The notes beneath the pieces were generated by a model. The model did not search any database and was not told where the DNA came from. It worked only from the letters and a program-made list of their open reading frames with translations. This document shows positions 34,090-36,006 of a stretch of DNA of 36,006 nt, in pieces (position 1 is the first letter of the stretch; every line of letters begins with the position of its first letter). Origin of the DNA: an uncultured Isosphaeraceae bacterium (GTDB taxonomy: Bacteria > Planctomycetota > Phycisphaerae > Phycisphaerales > SM1A02); contig CAZQUA010000001.1 in the NCBI GenBank assembly GCA_964596455.1, positions 1 through 36,006 of the forward strand, read 5' to 3'. Position numbers and translations under genes: made by a program.

Positions 34090-34730
34090 CGCCCCGTCGC
34101 TGGATCGTCTTCGGCGGCAGCTTCGATCCGCCCCACCGCGCCCATGTCCAACTGCCCCGCCGCGCCGCCGAGGCGATCGGCGCCGAGCGGGTGCTCTACG
34201 TGCCGGCCCGCATCAATCCCCTCAAGGGAGACGCCCCGCCGGCCTCGCCCGAGGATCGCCTCGCGATGCTGCGGCTCGCGATCGCGGGCGATCCCCGCTG
34301 CGAGATCCGCACCCTCGAACTCGATCGGGAGGGGCCGAGCTACACCGTCGACACCCTCCGCACGCTCGCCGCGGAGGCCGCCGCCGCGACGCCGCCCGCC
34401 CAGCTCGTGCTGCTCGTCGGCGCGGATGCCGCGATCGGGTTCCCGAAGTGGCGCGACCCGCGCGCGATCGCATCCATCGCCGAGGTCGCGGTCATGCTCC
34501 GGCCGCCGTTCGACGAGGCCTCCTTCCGCGACGCCTATGCGAAGGCCTGGCGCGAGGCCGGCGGCGATCCCGCGATCGAACCCCGTTGGGTCCTCGCCCT
34601 CGGCGACGACCTCGCCTCGTCGACCCTCGTCCGCCGCGACGGCGGGACCGACGATCTGCCCGCCGGGGTCGCCGACTACCTCCGCACGCATCGCCTCTAC
34701 GGCGAGACGCCGCGGCCCGCCGACGGTTGA
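34086..34730 (+). CDS. nadD: Nicotinate-nucleotide adenylyltransferase
   Basis: VFGGSFDPPHRAH (the H/T-x-G-H-type nucleotidyltransferase motif), SYTVDTL and LVGADA. The ATG at 34086 overlaps the upstream TGA (ATGA). Confidence 0.9.
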   Translation: MTPRRWIVFGGSFDPPHRAHVQLPRRAAEAIGAERVLYVPARINPLKGDAPPASPEDRLAMLRLAIAGDPRCEIRTLELDREGPSYTVDTLRTLAAEAAAATPPAQLVLLVGADAAIGFPKWRDPRAIASIAEVAVMLRPPFDEASFRDAYAKAWREAGGDPAIEPRWVLALGDDLASSTLVRRDGGTDDLPAGVADYLRTHRLYGETPRPADG

Positions 34731-34743
34731 CCGTTCCCGCCGG

Positions 34744-35940
34744 TCAGCGTTCCGGTCGCAGCCGGATCGCCTTCGCCGCGCCGTTGGCGAGCCGCCTCGC
34801 CTCGGCGACGGTCCGGCCGCGGGCGAGCACCACGCCCATGCGGCGGCCCTTGCGGGCGCTGGGCTTGCCGAAGATCCGCACCTCGACCCCGGGCCTCGCG
34901 AGGGCGCGATCGACGCCGGTGTAGCGGGGCGGCCGCGGACTCTCGAAGCCGGCGAGCACCACGCTGCTCGCGGCGGGGCCCGTGGCCCGGATCTCCGGGA
35001 TCGGCAAGCCGAGGATCGCCCGCACGTGCAGGTCGAACTCCGAGAGCTCGAGGCCCGCCATCGTCACCATGCCGGTGTCGTGGGGCCGCGGGCTCAACTC
35101 GCTGAAGATCGCCTCGTCGCCTCGGATGAAGAACTCGACGCCGAAGATCCCGGCGCCGTCGGGGCCCGCGATCCGCTCGACGACCTTGCCGGCGATGGAA
35201 CGGGCTCGCCGCAGCGCCGCGGCCGGCATCGGGCAGGGCATCCAACTCTCGCGGTAGTCGCCGTGCTCCTGGCGATGGCCGATCGGCGGGCAGAAGAGGG
35301 TCTTCGCCGGCCTGCCGAGCACCCGACGCCGCTGCTTGACCGTCAGCAGGGTGATCTCGAAGTCGAACTCGACGAACGCCTCGACGATGACCCTGGCGCG
35401 ATCGCCCCGCATGCCCGCGACCGCGAACCGCCACGCCCTCGCGAGATCGGCTGGCCGACGCACCACGCTCTGGCCCTTCCCGGAGCTGCTCATGACCGGC
35501 TTGACCACGCAGGGCACGCCCACGCCGCCCGCGGCGAGGACCGCATCCCGAAGCTCCGCCTCGCTCGTCGCATAGGCGTAGCGGGCGGTGGGCACGCCGA
35601 GCTCCCCGGCCGCGAGATCGCGGATCGCGTCGCGGTTCATGGTGAGGAACGCGGCCTCGGCGCTCGGCACCACCGCTTGCCCGCGGCGTTCGAGCTCGAG
35701 GAGCTTCTCGGTGCGGATCGCCTCGACCTCCGGCACCACGAAATCGGGCCGGTGGCGGCGGACGACGGCCCCGAGGGCGCGGCCGTCGAGCATGTCGATG
35801 GTCTCGCGGGCATCGGCGACCTGCATCGCCGGCGCATCGTCGTAGCGGTCGACCGCGACCACGCGGCAGCCGAGACGCTTGGCGCTGATCGCCACCTCCT
35901 TGCCGAGTTCACCCGATCCGAGCAGCAGCAGCGTGGCCAT
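34744..35940 (-). CDS. purT: Formate-dependent phosphoribosylglycinamide formyltransferase (GAR transformylase 2)
   Basis: LLLLGSGELGKEVAISAKRLG, VVPEVEAI, VVKPVMSSSGKGQS, EFDFEITLLTV, GVEFF, SELSPRPHDTGMVT and KGRRMGV are PurT hallmarks. Full-length at 398 aa. Confidence 0.95.
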   Translation of the reverse strand: MATLLLLGSGELGKEVAISAKRLGCRVVAVDRYDDAPAMQVADARETIDMLDGRALGAVVRRHRPDFVVPEVEAIRTEKLLELERRGQAVVPSAEAAFLTMNRDAIRDLAAGELGVPTARYAYATSEAELRDAVLAAGGVGVPCVVKPVMSSSGKGQSVVRRPADLARAWRFAVAGMRGDRARVIVEAFVEFDFEITLLTVKQRRRVLGRPAKTLFCPPIGHRQEHGDYRESWMPCPMPAAALRRARSIAGKVVERIAGPDGAGIFGVEFFIRGDEAIFSELSPRPHDTGMVTMAGLELSEFDLHVRAILGLPIPEIRATGPAASSVVLAGFESPRPPRYTGVDRALARPGVEVRIFGKPSARKGRRMGVVLARGRTVAEARRLANGAAKAIRLRPER

Positions 35941-36006
35941 GTGCCGATTGCCTCCAGGGGCCTTGCGTTGCGGCGACCGCCCTCGGGCACCCGCCCAAGC
36001 CGCCGG

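Noticed and set aside
1-36006. Mobile elements, prophage, defence islands, CRISPR arrays, rRNA/tRNA genes
   Set aside because: I saw no integrase, transposase or recombinase motifs, no long inverted or direct terminal repeats, no spacer-repeat arrays, no compositional break suggesting a horizontally acquired island, and no tRNA-like cloverleaf candidates.

Overview
This is a very GC-rich bacterial chromosomal segment (third codon positions are almost all G/C), densely packed with core-metabolism genes. I found no rRNA, tRNA, CRISPR array, transposase, integrase or phage genes. Many long ORFs in the supplied track are Arg/Pro/Gly/Ala-rich antisense or off-frame artefacts of the GC bias. I chose real genes by recognisable protein motifs and trimmed starts accordingly.

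Gene content, left to right:
- A partial MFS permease (minus strand), then infC.
- An argR-led arginine biosynthesis operon, argR-argC-argB-argF-argG-argH(GNAT fusion)-argJ, with four ATGA stop/start overlaps.
- A convergent minus-strand cluster: class-III aminotransferase, astA-like and astD-like genes.
- Upstream of that cluster on the same strand: a lipoprotein, an M48 peptidase, dapF and a carboxypeptidase-G2-like M20 hydrolase.
- A NifU-like protein, then csrA with a structured leader and a 19-bp tandem repeat at its 3' end.
- An orphan mraZ with 10-bp-periodic GTGGGG/AAAGTG repeats upstream.
- A flavin-reductase-like protein and an amidohydrolase.
- A minus-strand operon: DUF2752 membrane protein, two paralogous lipoproteins, and a glycosyltransferase-like protein.
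- An M19 dipeptidase.
- A ParA/MinD-type ATPase fused to a C-terminal CBM48/AMPK-beta-like glycogen-binding domain. It is immediately followed by a protein that looks like a P-loop-less ParA/MinD pseudo-ATPase.
- aroB and two hypothetical envelope proteins, then a PNP_UDP_1-family nucleosidase-like gene coupled to nadD, and purT.

The most interesting candidate for an undescribed system is the ParA-CBM48 gene with its degenerate ParA-like partner (27655-30547), possibly a polysaccharide-granule or envelope-glycan positioning module. The DUF2752/twin-lipoprotein/GT-like operon comes second. All functional calls rest on motif recognition by eye. No database search was run.
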